Below are positions 25,101-38,727 of a stretch of 40,188 bases of DNA, one piece after another (position 1 is the stretch's first letter; each line of letters starts with the position of its first letter). The notes below the pieces were generated by a model. It made no database searches and was not told where the DNA came from. It worked only from the letters and a program-made list of their open reading frames with translations. The stretch is from Octopus bimaculoides. Taxonomy: Eukaryota. The DNA is taken from positions 31,558,024-31,598,211 of the forward strand of contig NC_068993.1 of NCBI RefSeq assembly GCF_001194135.2, read 5' to 3'. A program made the translations under genes and the position numbers.

Positions 25101-25904
25101 ATTTTGTCTTTAACTTTGTGAACCATTGAACTATTTGATTCTAATGCGTTTGTAATGTGTATTTTCCATATTCCTTTCCGGCATGCTTAAGCTCCCTTTG
25201 ATGTCTATTTAGTTTAATGTTATTGTTTCGATGTTAATGTCCTTTTACCATCCTATAGTATTTTCATGAAACATGTGGTTCTTCTGGAAGAACAACTCTT
25301 CTCAATTAATCATTCTGCCTGGTTTTGTTAATGTGATTGCATTACGATATTCACCCCTTCTAGAGCGTCTTTCTACTTATATTTCTTACAAGTGATTTTT
25401 AATTAAATTTTCACATTAGAATCCCGTTTTACATTTCTATATAGATGTTACATTTCCATATAGCTTTTTCTGTTGTCTTTTCAATTTCATTAAATTTTTT
25501 TTTACATTGTTTTTACAGTTAAATGTTGCTGCAAATTTCTAACTTTGTTAGGATCACGCTCATTTGACACGATAACACCATAACCAACGAGTTAAATAAC
25601 TCGTTACACATGCCAATATTTATGTGATTTATTTTTGATGATGGATTCTTTTCTAGAGACGTTTTACGTGAATTCATTCTTTGGTGCAGTTGCTTGCTGG
25701 TCGACACTCAGGCAGCAGCCTTTTACATTAATCCACATCCACTGAATTGGGTTTATTTGCCTTCGAACTGTTACCATTATCGCTTCTGTTAGGTCAACTT
25801 CAATGCTAGCTCTGTTTAATCTGTTTTGATGTGTTTTATTCTCGAGACAGCAATTTGGTCAATCCATAGATCATCAAATAAAATATTTCGTAGTAATTGT
25901 TTCG

Positions 25905-26065
25905 AGCGTCAACGTTCTAAGATCAAATCCCATATTACTTTCCATCCTTTGATGTTGATGGTCGATAAACTAGTACCAATCCATGATGGTAGGTTAGCGA
26001 AACTGTCCAACACGTTGCCTTGCAGTGTTTGTTATGGTTCATTGCATTCTGAGTTCAAATTACTC
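25905..26065 (+). mobile_element. Two degenerate fragments of family B SINE
   Basis: acgttctaagatcaaatccc..tttccatccttt..ggtcgataaactagtacca and gcattctgagttcaaattac match the 39301-39508 copy. Confidence 0.5.
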
Positions 26066-26600
26066 CCTGTCCTATTTCGGTAGGAAGTTTATTCGGTCAC
26101 CGGAATTGGCAGCACCATCATGCACCTTAAGTACTTTAAAGGAATTCGTCACGTACATATTCAGGTTAGATCACTGGTCTAAGATTATCTTCCTCCTTTT
26201 CTCTCACCAGACTCAGAGGCCTTGTAAAGGGTCATGAGCACAATATTCCCTCCTGACTAAATGATAAAACAATTCTTTGTTAAGTGTGAGACCGCGTGTT
26301 ACTTCTATTGTTGCAGTGTATTTCGTTGAGAGTGTAAAACATTTTTGATTCACCGAAAAGATGAAATACAGTATAAATTGATGTAGATGGTTTTATTCTA
26401 TAATTAACAGAAAATGAGAAATATATTTTCTCTCGATGCCAATAAATTAACTGAACAGTAACAAGACTGATTAACAAGATAAAATTCTTATCAATAAGGA
26501 ACAACTTCACTTTCAGTGCCAAAATTTGTTATTCTAAATGCGGTGAGGTGTTTTGAAATAGAAGTGAAAGTAATATCTCTAAGGATCATTGATGGAAAAT

Positions 26601-26721
<121 letters not shown>

Positions 26722-26723
26722 CG

Positions 26724-26860
26724 ACGCACGGTTGGCCAAGTGGTTAAGGTGTTCTCTTCGTAAGCATGAAGCTTTTGATCCCACTGCATGATATGTCTTG
26801 ACAAATATCTATACCACAGCTTCGGTTGAAACCAAGTATTACGAGAGAATTTGCGTTGGT
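26724..26860 (+). mobile_element. Degenerate tRNA-derived SINE head
   Basis: TGGCCAAGTGG A box, decayed B box (ttttgatccc), then gtcttgacaaatatct..acagcttcggttgaaacc resembling the family A CORE-like segment. Confidence 0.45.
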
Positions 26861-27559
26861 GAATTGGTCGTAGCATTAATTCAAACATCCAGATTTGTGA
26901 CAATGGATCACATCAATTCTACTTGCAAAGTTCGTTAAGGAAGCGTGTGTATGTTTATTCTTATGCGTCGGTACATGGAAGTTCTGCAGGAGCACGTGGA
27001 CAGACATACTGGTATGTGTGTATACATTACATGTACCCATATAAGTAACACAATAAAATAAAATGTGCAGACATAAATGATTTTACAATCAAATCAAAAC
27101 ATTATTTCTTAGTAAGAGTCAAGTTGAGTAAAATTAAGGAAAAGTTTTAATACAATGGCCAATTCTATGAAAGTCATCAACTTTATTAGTTACTTTTCTT
27201 CATTTGCAAATGTTGCTTGTCATGTAGTACTCATTAGGGTTCTTTTGTGGAATTTTCAATGTGTTTTCGGGTATAATTTCTTGAATATGCATTGTTTCTG
27301 TTCAGTTGAGCTATTTTGTCATGTATTTTGAAGTGGTGGTACTTCTATTATTTTCATTGGTCATATTTTTAAGTGCGATCATTTGTTTTCTTATTTTCAC
27401 TGTATATTTTCTCTGATCATTCTACTTTAATTGTTAGGATTTTATAGTTTATTGCGAATCTCTGTACATTTGTTAGTGAGTTTCAATTCATAAATTTTCT
27501 CACTTCAATATTTTCAACTAGAACTCTTCCTTTTTAAACGGCATTCCTTTATTTATCTT

Positions 27560-27941
27560 TTTCTTTCACTTGCTTTTTGACATTAGAATGCGGTTATGCT
27601 ACGGCACTGTCTTGAAGAAATTTTAGTCGAATGAATCGACCCCAGTACTTATTTTTTAAAGCCTGGTACTTAATCTAACGACCACCTTCGCCGAAACTCC
27701 AAGTTACAGGAACTAAAACGCAACAACACAGGTTGTCAAGCGGTGGAGGAGGACAAACAGAAAGACACCGATATATATATATATATATAATGGGCTAATT
27801 TCAGTTTCTGTCTATTAAATCCGCTGACAAGGATTTGGTCAGCCCAATGCTATGGTAGAAGACACTTGCCCAAGGTGCTACACAGTGGTATTGAACCTAG
27901 AACCTTGTGGTTGGGAAGCAGGCTTCTTACCACACAGCCAC
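27560..27941 (-). mobile_element. Family A tRNA-derived SINE, near full length
   Basis: Reverse complement of the 9251-9660 copy: agaagacacttgcccaaggtg, accacacagccac, ccaagttac, internal (TA)n. Confidence 0.85.
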
Positions 27942-28167
27942 ATCTATATTATATATTATATATTTTAGTGATGCAAAATACACATGTGATACGTTAGTGA
28001 ACTTTTCAATGATTCAAATTTCACAATTTTGTTTTTATATAGGACAATAAGTGTACGGGGAAGGATTATTTTATGGACTTGATCTTACTAATTTTTAACT
28101 TCGTCTTACATTACCTTTAAATCGAATTTGCATTAAACTAATTCCACAAAAGTTCTCATCTATTTTA

Positions 28168-28170
<3 letters not shown>

Positions 28171-28213
<43 letters not shown>
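28171..28213. repeat. (CAT)n microsatellite
   Basis: Direct reading. Confidence 0.95.
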
Positions 28214-28405
28214 GTTATTATTAGCGACATTTAGTTCGTCATTACGTTCTGAATTCAAATTCCGATTTTGTCTCTCATCCCTTTGGAGACGATAAGATGA
28301 ATACCAGTTGAGCACTTGGTCAATATGAACGATTGTCCCCACTCGGACTCGCAAAATTTCAGACTTTGTGCCTATAATGGAAACGATTATCATTATTATT
28401 ATTAT
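28214..28405 (+). mobile_element. Family B SINE (Meta-domain-like), 5'-clipped, ending in an (ATT)n tail
   Basis: attagcgacatt..tacgttctgaattcaaattccg..tcatccctttggagacgataa..taccagtt..ctttgtgcctataatggaaacgattatcattattatt aligns with 39345-39508. Confidence 0.75.
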
Positions 28406-31400
28406 ATGTTCTACTTTTGCTTTGTATTTGTACAAGTTGACTCCAAGTCTCACCCAAAGACAACAAGTTAGAAGTTCATGTTGGTGTTATGCCTAGGCTG
28501 ATATATATTTGGTATTGCACATAATGTTGTTCTAGAGAAGTTTAAGGAAACATAAGAATATTATGAGTTTGTTTTAAAATTATTTGAGATTACAAAGAAA
28601 GTACTTTATGTAGGATATGAACAGTTCCCATGAACACTATCTTTTGAATTTCTGCCATTTGGGGTTTTCCTGGTATCTGAGCTAGATAGGAATCAGCCCC
28701 TTTTGCTATCGTTCCTAGGGCACCTATGACAACAGGTATTGTTTTAGTTTTGAGGTTCCACATTTTGCCAGTTTCTATTTCAAGATCTTGCTCAGTTTTT
28801 GGTAGATCTTGACAGATATATTTATGTCATTGGGGACAGTCATATCAATGAGGAGGCATCATCTTTGTCTGAAGTCTTTGAATATAATGTCTGGCCTATT
28901 TACATCTGTCTTTCTCTCAGTTTCAATGGTGAAGTTCCAGAGGAGTGAGATGTGATCATTTTCAAGCACTGAAGGTGGTTTGTGTTCCCACCAGTTTTTA
29001 TCATGGGTAAGTCCAGGGTTTTGCAAATTACCCAGTGAATATATTGTGCAGCTCTATCGTGCCTGTTGAGATACTGTGTAGGTGCAACAAAACTGCACAT
29101 GGAGACAACATAATAGTTTCATCTTGTTGTTTATATACACGACATGTTGGGCTACTGCCGTTCTGTAATATGTTGTCCTGGTAGATCCTTGTACGTAGGC
29201 ATTGATCTGGGGCTGCTATGATAAACTCTTCTGTTTCTGATTTTAAGCCAGAAGACACTAACCATTGATGGGTAAGAGCTTTGTCAGTATCGGCATCATT
29301 AGCTCTCTTTGGGTGTTTGCCATTGAGAGGTTCTTATTGCCATTTAGCAATAAGAATATATAAGGCAACAGATTTAGCACGGGTTTTCATACGCTTAGAT
29401 TTTCCTGCGCTTGTTTCCAATACGTCTAATTCTGAGATTTGTCGTATTTGGATTTCTCTTAGATATTCCTTTGCCTGTTTTGTTACTGAGTATGATGCTT
29501 TCTTGTTTTCATGCTTTAAGATAAGTTTTAGCATCCAGTCATCAGAGTCTTTCAGGTAGGTATTTAGTCCAATTGTGACAATCTCCATTAATTCCAGTTG
29601 TAAAATTTCACGGCCATCTCCTGTTCTTGGCAGGTAAAGTCGTTCTCTATCTGCTTTAGGGTAGTGCATTCTATTGAATTGGCCAGTTAACGATATTGAA
29701 ACTGCATGTCACGACAGGTATGGCTAAAGTATTGATCGCTTCGATCCTGTTTCTTGCATTCAGCTCTGTCTTGAGTATTGACCTTACTCTGCGATAATAT
29801 TCTCTTTTGATCCTTTCCCTCATCATTGAATGTTTGATTCCATAACCTTCAAATACCCCTAGGTATTTGTGGCTCTCCGCTGGTTCTAAAATCCTTTATA
29901 ACATTCTGTTGGTCAAGATTAACGTTGCATTTTTCTGTCATTTTTCCTTTGATAAAGGTACCTTTTGCACATTTATCGAGGCCAAATTGCATCCTGATGT
30001 CATCACTGAATTGTTTAACAATCACTAGTTAGCCCTGTATTTGTTGGTCATTTTTGCCAAGAGCTTCAAATTAACCCTGTAAAAGAGATGGTTAATAATT
30101 TTATCAAACATTTTATAGCCATATTGTACATAATCGAGCAATTTCGAGAGAGGTACTAAGACGAGACAAAAGAGGAGTGGTGATAGAAAGTCACCCAGGG
30201 AAATATCACAGGAAATTCTTACATCTCCATCTTTGAGAGATTTATTGTCACTGTTCAAAGTCAGTGTGGTTCTCCATCATCGCATACTTACAGACAAGAA
30301 GTTTCGCGAAGTATGTGCCATTTTATACATTTCCATACATTTCTTAATCCAGCTATGTGGTAGACTATCAAAAGCTTTTTTATAGTCTAACCAGGCTATC
30401 GACACCTTTTTGTGTCGTTTGTGACATTATTTCAAGATCATCTTATTGATTCGTAGCTGATCTTTACAACCATAAGACCCACGTTTACATCCTTTTTGCT
30501 CGTTAGGGAATACGCAACTTTCTATTAAAAACTGTTGGTATATTCAGTCAAGACAGGTGTTAGTATTTTATACTAATTCAGCTGCTTAGGTATGACATTC
30601 TATGTCAGACCTAAGTAGCTGGATTTGGCGTTGAAAACTCTCTTGCCAAGTAGGCATTTTCTGGGAATGTTGTCGTTTTCTAATCTTTTCACCATATAGA
30701 AACATTGAGATCTTCGTGGATGCATAGTAAAGGTGGTTGAGATGTGTAATATCAACATTAGTTGAAATTATATACCCCTAAGTGCAAGGCAGAGTTTACC
30801 AATTACTTTCAAATTTTCATTAGAGTTGCGAACTTTTGGGAGAGTGTCACGTTCATTCATACCGGTTTCTTTAATTTTCAGCTATTCAATTATGATTTGA
30901 TTTTTTAGATCATCTAGTTCAGTTAGGTCAATTTCTGTGTGACTTTCTTTAGTTATTTGATTTTCATCTGCTTTGGAGTTTATGGCTGGTTCAGAAAGTA
31001 TTTCACCTTACTTCTCAGTTATATTGATTCTTTCTATCATTACTACATTTTCATCAGACCTGGGTTGGTCTATATTTATTTCCTCTGTAGTTTCTTCATT
31101 AGCTGCAACTTCATTCCCTTTATCCCTTTCTGATTGTTTAATTCGGTCAATCTCTAATTCAGTTAGTAATTTCTTTTTCATAATGTTTCTTTTGACGTTG
31201 GTAAGTTTGTTACTGTCTATGTAGGATATTACTTCAAGGTGTTTCTGTCTACAGTTTTGCTAGTTCTGTTCTGCATTAGATTTATTTGTGGGGAAATACA
31301 TGGCATGATAGAACGCCTTAAGAACTTCTTTATTATCTTCCCTAGATCATTTTTATTCTTTTTCTTTTGGTTATTTGATAACGAGCGTGGATAGCTATCT

Positions 31401-31909
31401 GTTGGAATATTCCGGTTGTGGGGTACTTCCAGCTGCTGTATTTCGGGAAGGTTTGACCCAGAAGTTGGTTTTTCGAACCCAATCTGGTTCCTCACTGGCG
31501 TACGCAGCCTTTATTAACAAAGGTGATGGCGGATTCGGTTTGTATTTTGCTTTGTTATTATTGAGGCATGACGAGCTTGGACGTTGACATTAGGGGATGG
31601 ATGTGTCTGTTTAGGGTTACTTTTTTGAGACAACACCGCCTCCGAGTTCACTGAATGAAAACACTGCTCGTAACGTAACTTCTTAATGCTAGCAAATCTG
31701 ATTTCATCTGTATATGTATATTTTTTTGTTAATAGATTTATCTCCGATTATAGTTTTTTTTGTGTGGTGTTCTTAAACTTATGAACTATTCACTCTGTCT
31801 GTGTTAGTACGAAAAAATGTTTTGTTATTTTGTTTTTTGCTTCGTTTTGTGACATGTGCTTTCATATGCGTGTATGTGTGTCCTGTAAATTTCAGGTAGG
31901 CTGTGTAAA

Positions 31910-31911
<2 letters not shown>
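28406..31911 (-). mobile_element. Near full-length R4/Dong-clade RLE non-LTR retrotransposon, subfamily 2, inactivated, with an internal deletion
   Basis: N-terminus RIK*SREDNKEVLKAFY..IDSNKLTNVKRNIMKKKLLTELEIDRIK; PTWQ..IQLLRSDI; RT FPNEQKGCKRGSYGCKDQL, AWLDYKKAFDSLPHSWI, GDFLSPLLFCL, FGLDKCAK, KYLG; HYPKADRERLYLPR; SSGLKSETEEFIIAA.DQ.LRTR; zinc knuckle, RHD, NRPDIIFKD..LIDMTVP; stop at 28590; 3'UTR gtctttgggtgagacttgg.. ending in (TAA)n. Confidence 0.92.

Positions 31912-31943
<32 letters not shown>
31912..31943. repeat. (TTA)n microsatellite between the LINE 5' end and the adjacent repeat's tail
   Basis: Direct reading. Confidence 0.95.
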
Positions 31944-32430
31944 GAGTGAGAGAGCAGTGCATGCTATCAAAGTGACTTTGCGGTAAAATATACGAAACCC
32001 AGTATGCCCATCATGACTACCTGTCAGATAAGGGTACACCAGGTACATGCATTAGAACCATATGTGCGCGACCTTGTTACCTCATATCAAGATAAACAGC
32101 GCATGACCTTGCAGGTGGGGCCTAGTTACAATTTTCTTCAGGTCGAGTAACCTTTCCCGCTCAAAAGGTCGCTGAATAAAGGTTGTCTAAGGATGTTGAA
32201 CGAAGCACTCATGTTTCCACAGGTGAATTATCCAAACCCCAAAGAATTCCTCTCAACACATGGCTATGATTTTCCCCCCACTACTTCTGCTCGTGATCAG
32301 AGCTGTATCTATTGTTAGCCACTAAGCGACATGCTCAGTTGGTTGAATCCAAACAACTGACAAGTAAATCTGTGGTACTGAACAGAATATTTACTATAGC
32401 CCATCTTTTATACCAAGACAAAACAATGTC
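31944..32430 (-). mobile_element. Interspersed retroposon-like repeat (SINE or LINE 3' region) with an (AAT)n tail
   Basis: GC-richer ~490-bp block ending on the - strand in ..actttgatagcatgcactgctctctcactc(aat)n. It resembles an abundant octopus repeat (from recollection, not a search); class not determined. Confidence 0.55.
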
Positions 32431-32544
32431 CATAACACCAAACGGGACTGCTACGCGAGACTGCCACATTAGGTTGGCAAATAATGGTTACTATAATGTG
32501 CTCCTAGTTAATATCTCGTTGAGAGATTTAGGAACAACAATGTT

Positions 32545-32606
<62 letters not shown>

Positions 32607-33959
32607 NNNNNNNNNNNNNNNNNNNNNNNNNNNNNNNNNNNNNNNNNNNNNNNNNNNNNNNNNNNNNNNNNNNNNNNNNNNNNNNNNNNNNNNNNNNNNN
32701 NNNNNNNNNNNNNNNNNNNNNNNNNNNNNNNNNNNNNNNNNNNNNNNNNNNNNNNNNNNNNNNNNNNNNNNNNNNNNNNNNNNNNNNNNNNNNNNNNNNN
32801 NNNNNNNNNNNNNNNNNNNNNNNNNNNNNNNNNNNNNNNNNNNNNNNNNNNNNNNNNNNNNNNNNNNNNNNNNNNNNNNNNNNNNNNNNNNNNNNNNNNN
32901 NNNNNNNNNNNNNNNNNNNNNNNNNNNNNNNNNNNNNNNNNNNNNNNNNNNNNNNNNNNNNNNNNNNNNNNNNNNNNNNNNNNNNNNNNNNNNNNNNNNN
33001 NNNNNNNNNNNNNNNNNNNNNNNNNNNNNNNNNNNNNNNNNNNNNNNNNNNNNNNNNTAATCGTTTGCGGGTTTACCTTGTTTTCCTTCTGCAGATTTTC
33101 GTAAACAGAGATATGAAATACTATACAGAGTTGCAATTTAATAATGGGGTTTTAAAAAGTAGTTTAGAAAGAAGTTTACCAAAATGGTAGTGCCTTCATT
33201 TCCTTGAGCATACAAAAGAAGTAATTCTTTATACATGGATGTCTACGTATATACATACATTTCAGTATACATATAGAAAAATACTCACAAATATAATCAG
33301 ATACACACATATACATACATCTGTTTGTGTGCGCGTACGCGTATTCCTGCGTTTATACATGTGGCTTTGATGAGTAATCTTAGAGTTCCAACTACGACCA
33401 TCCCAACCTTATCTCTAACAGCATAAACCTATATCACATAATGTGTCATTTCTATTCTAAGACATTTATAACTGATTGGAGGCCGATTTGGCCACTATTC
33501 GTAGATGATGAAGTTGACTTGAGTTTACCCAGTTATTAGTAACCCAGATCAATTTTGACTGAGCGCAGATGTGTTCAAATGCATCCCATTTATGACCATC
33601 CCGTCTTCTTAGAAGTATGTCCAGAATTACATTATTTAATATTCCCTTTAAAGTTCTTTATGAACAAGGTGCGATTACAGTGAGATATTGGTGCAATTTT
33701 TATCAAATCGAGCGACATCGGAAAGATTCTTTCATTGATCCATGTAGTTGTACAAAGTGAACCGGAAATAGGAAAAAATTCCAAGGTGAAATTAAAACTA
33801 TTTCCGCAGTAAAATTCGTCTACAGATACTGGGTTTGTTAGTTTGAAACAATCAAGAATTTGATTCTTCTGTGCAGCATAGAATCACGTGATTATATATT
33901 CCTTAAGAAAGGGACTGAAGCCTAGGAAGGAGAATATCAAGAAACCAATATTATAGAAA

Positions 33960-34130
33960 TGGCATATTGTTGTTGGTAATGGTGGTATTATTGTTCTTGT
34001 TTTATTGTTATTTCTATTAGTTTTTTTGTTATTTTTGTTATTGTTGCTTTTGGATGTTTTTCTGTTATTGCATTTGACTTTGTTAGTATTGTTTTTGGTA
34101 TTATAGTTCGTTGTAGTTGTTTTTGTTACT
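33960..34130. repeat. Degenerate (TTG/TTA)-rich low-complexity tract
   Basis: Direct reading; explains the N/K/T-rich ORF 33884..34168(-). Confidence 0.8.
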
Positions 34131-34760
34131 ATTCTTTGGCATTTATCTTGCAGACTTCTGATCAACATCTGTGACTGTCTTGTCTATGCATATCGAGAAC
34201 TACGCTGTCGGAATTGATTTCAAGAAGATTTGCAGCTATTTCTAACATGTTGTGTGACTGTTCAGAGGTTCTCTGGTGGCTAATATGTTATATAACAATA
34301 CGAAATGGACAAGAACTGCAGAGAGAAAACGCGGGAGGATTAGGGAAATTCTGTTCCTTAACGAAAGGCAGACATTTGATATTTGGTGAAGAGATTTTTG
34401 TTATCTAACCTTCAATTTACTCTGATCCACAAGACATATTGTCATAGGCGTCCTTCCAGTTCCCATGACCATACAGTATATTTTGTAAACTAAATAATCC
34501 AATGTAATACCGAAGACGGTAGAGAAGGAAGAAAAACAAAGGAACCATAGCAAGAAAAATTCCATCGACCGAAGTAAAGTGAAAATCAAAGTCTACCATG
34601 ACGGATTAGAACTCAGAATATAAACAGCAATAACTAAACGTTGCAATGATTATTTTACCAGAAATTCATCGATTCTATTGTCGAACGTTCTAACAACAAA
34701 GACGACAGATGTCCAATAAAAATATATGATTGATATTGTACAGTAAATACACACACAGGC

Positions 34761-34821
<61 letters not shown>

Positions 34822-35801
34822 CTAAAATAAATAATTATTCAGTGTTGTTATTTTAAAGAAGTTGGGATGCTGGTGAATCGGGGTGGTTTCCTTCCTAATT
34901 GAAAATAATATTGAAATAAGAATATTATTGTAATCTTATCCAAATAGTAATTTTAATTTGAAGAGAACAATGAAATCTGTTTACACAAGAGATAAATCAA
35001 AAATATCTGGTCAACTGATTGAACGACGGCTTTCAATTATGCCAGTGAATTAGCAGGCATTAGAGCATAGCGTGAAATCAACTATTTCACTGACTTGGAA
35101 GCGAAGGAAATCTGTCTACCAAAACAGGTTTTACCAATATGTTTCTTCGTATATCTTAATCGCAAATTGCGATTATATTATGTTCCTTAGAGTATCTGTA
35201 AGTTTGCCAACGCTTCCAAACTTAATCGTGAATTATAACCAAGAAACATTTTTCGCCATTCACAGACTCAGAAAGCAACAGTAGCTCACTCTATTTTCAT
35301 TACTGATTGTAATTATTACATTGTTAATTAATTATTCCTGCCTCCCTTTTTTGTTTTCATTTTCTTGAGTTACTGTTGCTCTCATTGTCTTCTCTGTCAC
35401 TCACTCCTTTCCTCCTTATTAAATGGGGACTTAATCGGCACCGTCTTATGACATGTTTCACTTGGCAATTGACCTCAGGTGTCTCATGGATTTAAGGGTT
35501 GAATATTGATTTATGTATACTGTAACACACATGCTGTGTGTATATATGGAAGCATCAAAGGATTGCTTTGTCCGGTAGGGGAATCTATAATAGTCTTAAT
35601 GTAACTTTGACACTAGTCTGTTATTAATTGACGTTAAAATCCGGACGAAATTCATTGTTTCCATAGAAACAAAAAACGAAATAGATTCCCCTTTTGGTTT
35701 GGTCGATAAGTATACCAGTCGGTCAATACATATATGCATCATAGAATAGTCATGTAAACAATTTTAAAACGTGTAAAACTTGCGCTGACTTCCAATAATT
35801 T

Positions 35802-35847
35802 CTTGATAGTACACTATCTTGATAGTACACTATCTTGATAGTACACT
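35802..35847. repeat. 16-bp tandem repeat (cttgatagtacactat) x~2.9 next to a 10-N gap
   Basis: Units at 35802, 35818 and 35834; each contains the mini-palindrome atagt-ac-actat. Confidence 0.85.
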
Positions 35848-37321
35848 CGACTATCGTGGGNNNNNNNNNNATCATTTGTATATATTTATTTTATTAAAAA
35901 TGCAAAACGACACCACAGAGGAGTCGACGTAAGCTTAAATAATAAACATCGATAGGGGAACCGCGATAGGTAAACCACGATATGGCACGGGATTACTGTA
36001 TACTATAAAATTTTAAGAAGTTTTATTGCACAATTTCAATTTGGTCACTCACAATGTTCTAATGTCGGAAGTTGGATACGGGGTAATTTTTATAAACATC
36101 AGGAGATTTCTCGGTTTCTTGTTTTAATTTATCAATATATTTTTTCATTAGGCACAGAAATGGTTAATGTCTTTATTTATTGCAGATCCGTTTGGAAAGA
36201 TATCAATTTGTTATGTATGAGAAAGCTTCCACTTTTTCTCATTTATTAGAACTAAATTTTCGGACCTCTTGTTACTTTCACATACGGTTTTACATTACTC
36301 CCTTCACTTCCACACCTTCTTCCAAATTTTAATGTGCTTTATTAATTGTTGTTGTAGTTATTACTACTTTTTCTTCAGGTCTATTTAGGTGCGATTTTGA
36401 ATGGCTCGCGGCACCGGTCGCTGTGTAATTATTATTTGTCTGAAAATATATTCAAAATATTTCCCATAACTCTTTAATTTAAATGGTTACTCGCCGTACC
36501 TTTTAGCGCAGCAATAATAAAACGTAAATAAGCTGGAAAACCTGAAAGATATGATATATAAAATATTAATCCACTTATCCTACTGGTAATTATATGCAGA
36601 ACTTAAGTAGGGTGCATTGGTTTACCCTACTCGGATATACGGTTAAAACAAGGCTCGTACTGTTGAATGTAAAGGAATTCTGCTTTAGCATTAGCTTCTA
36701 TAGAAGTGATGTTATGATATCCGCACTGACTTTATTGCTGTAACTATCACACTCATCTGATGCATTTTAGCAAATCATATATTAAGCTTTCTTTTCGCTG
36801 CTACTGTCCTCATGTACTTTTCAAGTATACCTTCAGATATCACTGTTGTAGGGAATTCAAGAAGGTTGAACTTTATGTGGTGTACTGTATTTTTTAGTAT
36901 ATCCTTATTTATTCCTTAGCTGGACACTATTCTTTCTACAGCTGAACTTGTTGAAAATTTGGCCTGATAGCCCTCTCTTATTTCTATGACTCTACTTAGA
37001 GTTTCGAGGATTTTATGAAATCAGCTATTTTATGGTTAATTGTGGATCTATAAACATTACGGAGGCTGTTGTTTTCCTATCTAACCACTTGTTGATATTA
37101 GCTATTTTATTATATTTAACGATTATATTATGACTCATGACGATATAACAACAACTGCACAATTTAATTCTAAAATTGTTCATACAATTTGCGTATCTAC
37201 ATACAATCTCGTAATGAGTCAATGGGCGAATTATATATTTATGAATTTTAGATCAGTTATATGTAAATATATAAATGCACACATAGATATACGTACATAT
37301 ATATGTGTGTATATATATATG

Positions 37322-37408
<87 letters not shown>

Positions 37409-37573
37409 TAGCTGAGTTCGAGGTTAAATTAATCGTCTAATGGATATAAGTATCCATTACACTACCGGTATATTATCTATGTTTAACCATGGGCATACAC
37501 ATGCAAACATATTATGCTCATAAATTATAGGTAAAGACAGGATAAACATGGGTTTATCAAGAATGAAAATTTG

Positions 37574-38177
37574 AAGAAAACAGTAAATGGAGAAATATTG
37601 ATGAACAACAATTGACTTACACCAATTATTATTTATTAATTCACTGCAAATAGACTGCACCCCATCTAACAGCTGTTTCTGCTTCGAATGTTGCATAGTA
37701 TTTTCATTACAATGCAAAGATATCTATCATACTTGGTAATAATACCGATCTAAAGCATGGAGCTTCATCAGAGTTAAGAATGAATAAAGGAGAGAATAGA
37801 GAAGAAAAAATGGAAAATTTGAATATGGTTGTAATCATACCATTTTGCTTGTGGATATCTTTGGGGCGTTAATTAAATGACAGCACTAAAATAGCAATTG
37901 GTGAATTAATCCTTTGTACAGGAGGAGGGGGATAGGATGAATAAATAATAAGTAAACAAAAAATAGTCGGATACGCCAACAGGTTTTAGTCGGAGAAGGG
38001 GTGAAGATACAGTAAGGTTTTAGATTAATCATAATAATTTGTAATAATTATGTATGTAGTACTAATTAGTAGTATTAATCATAATAAAGTGTTAATCGGT
38101 TAAATGTAATTTTTATTTATTTACCAGTAGGTAGTTAAGTCCTTCTACCTGTTGTCCCAACTGAAATAGGCCAAGGT
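37574..38177 (-). repeat. Left arm of a ~600-bp inverted repeat (PLE pseudo-LTR-like)
   Basis: Collinear reverse complement of 38563-39201 from aagaaaacag..aatggagaaatattgatgaac to ataggccaaggt, about 80-85% identity by eye. Confidence 0.9.
37661..37776 (-). ncRNA. Candidate type I hammerhead ribozyme with extended (85-nt) stem II region
   Basis: Minus strand: aact-CTGATGA-agctccatg..(85 nt in total)..cattcgaagca-GAAA-cagctg-TT-agatgg; palindromic ACAGCTGT stem III, GUU triplet, weak stem I. Confidence 0.5.
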
Positions 38178-38727
38178 CCAACGTTCGATGTAATTGGTCA
38201 GTTTAAATTTACAAACAAAAGACCAGCTATTGAAACCGTTATATGGGGTAAGATAAATAAATAAATGAATACGAAAACGGTGTATGTTGTAAAGGGCCCT
38301 AAAACGCTTAGAATAGTAAATACCAGATTAAAAAAATAATATTATGGAATAAATATTATGAGAGGAACCTATTCGGACATTCAGGAAATAAGACGGTTGG
38401 GGTTGAAAATGGTCCAAAAGGTTTTTAATAGGAATGTGAAATTAGTAAACACAATGAAACGAATTTATTCCGTAAGAAAATTATGGCAATATTTATGGTT
38501 CAGGGGATGTAATAACTTGGGTAAGGGGCAATAATTTGGGACTGCTGATTGCCATCCAATACACCTTGGCCTATCTCATTTCGGACAATAGATGGAAGGG
38601 CTTACCCACTTACTAGTAAATAAATAAAAATTAGATTTAACTGATTAGAACATTATTATGATTAATGCTATTAGTTAATACTACAAACATAATTATTATA
38701 AATTCTTATGATTAATCTAAAACCTTA

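Noticed and set aside
25586-25605. 9-bp perfect hairpin aacgagtta-aa-taactcgtt
   Set aside because: Short, with no supporting context; a few such hairpins are expected in 40 kb.
34140-34620. Possible RTE or mariner remnant
   Set aside because: Only vague resemblance; no diagnostic motif could be read.
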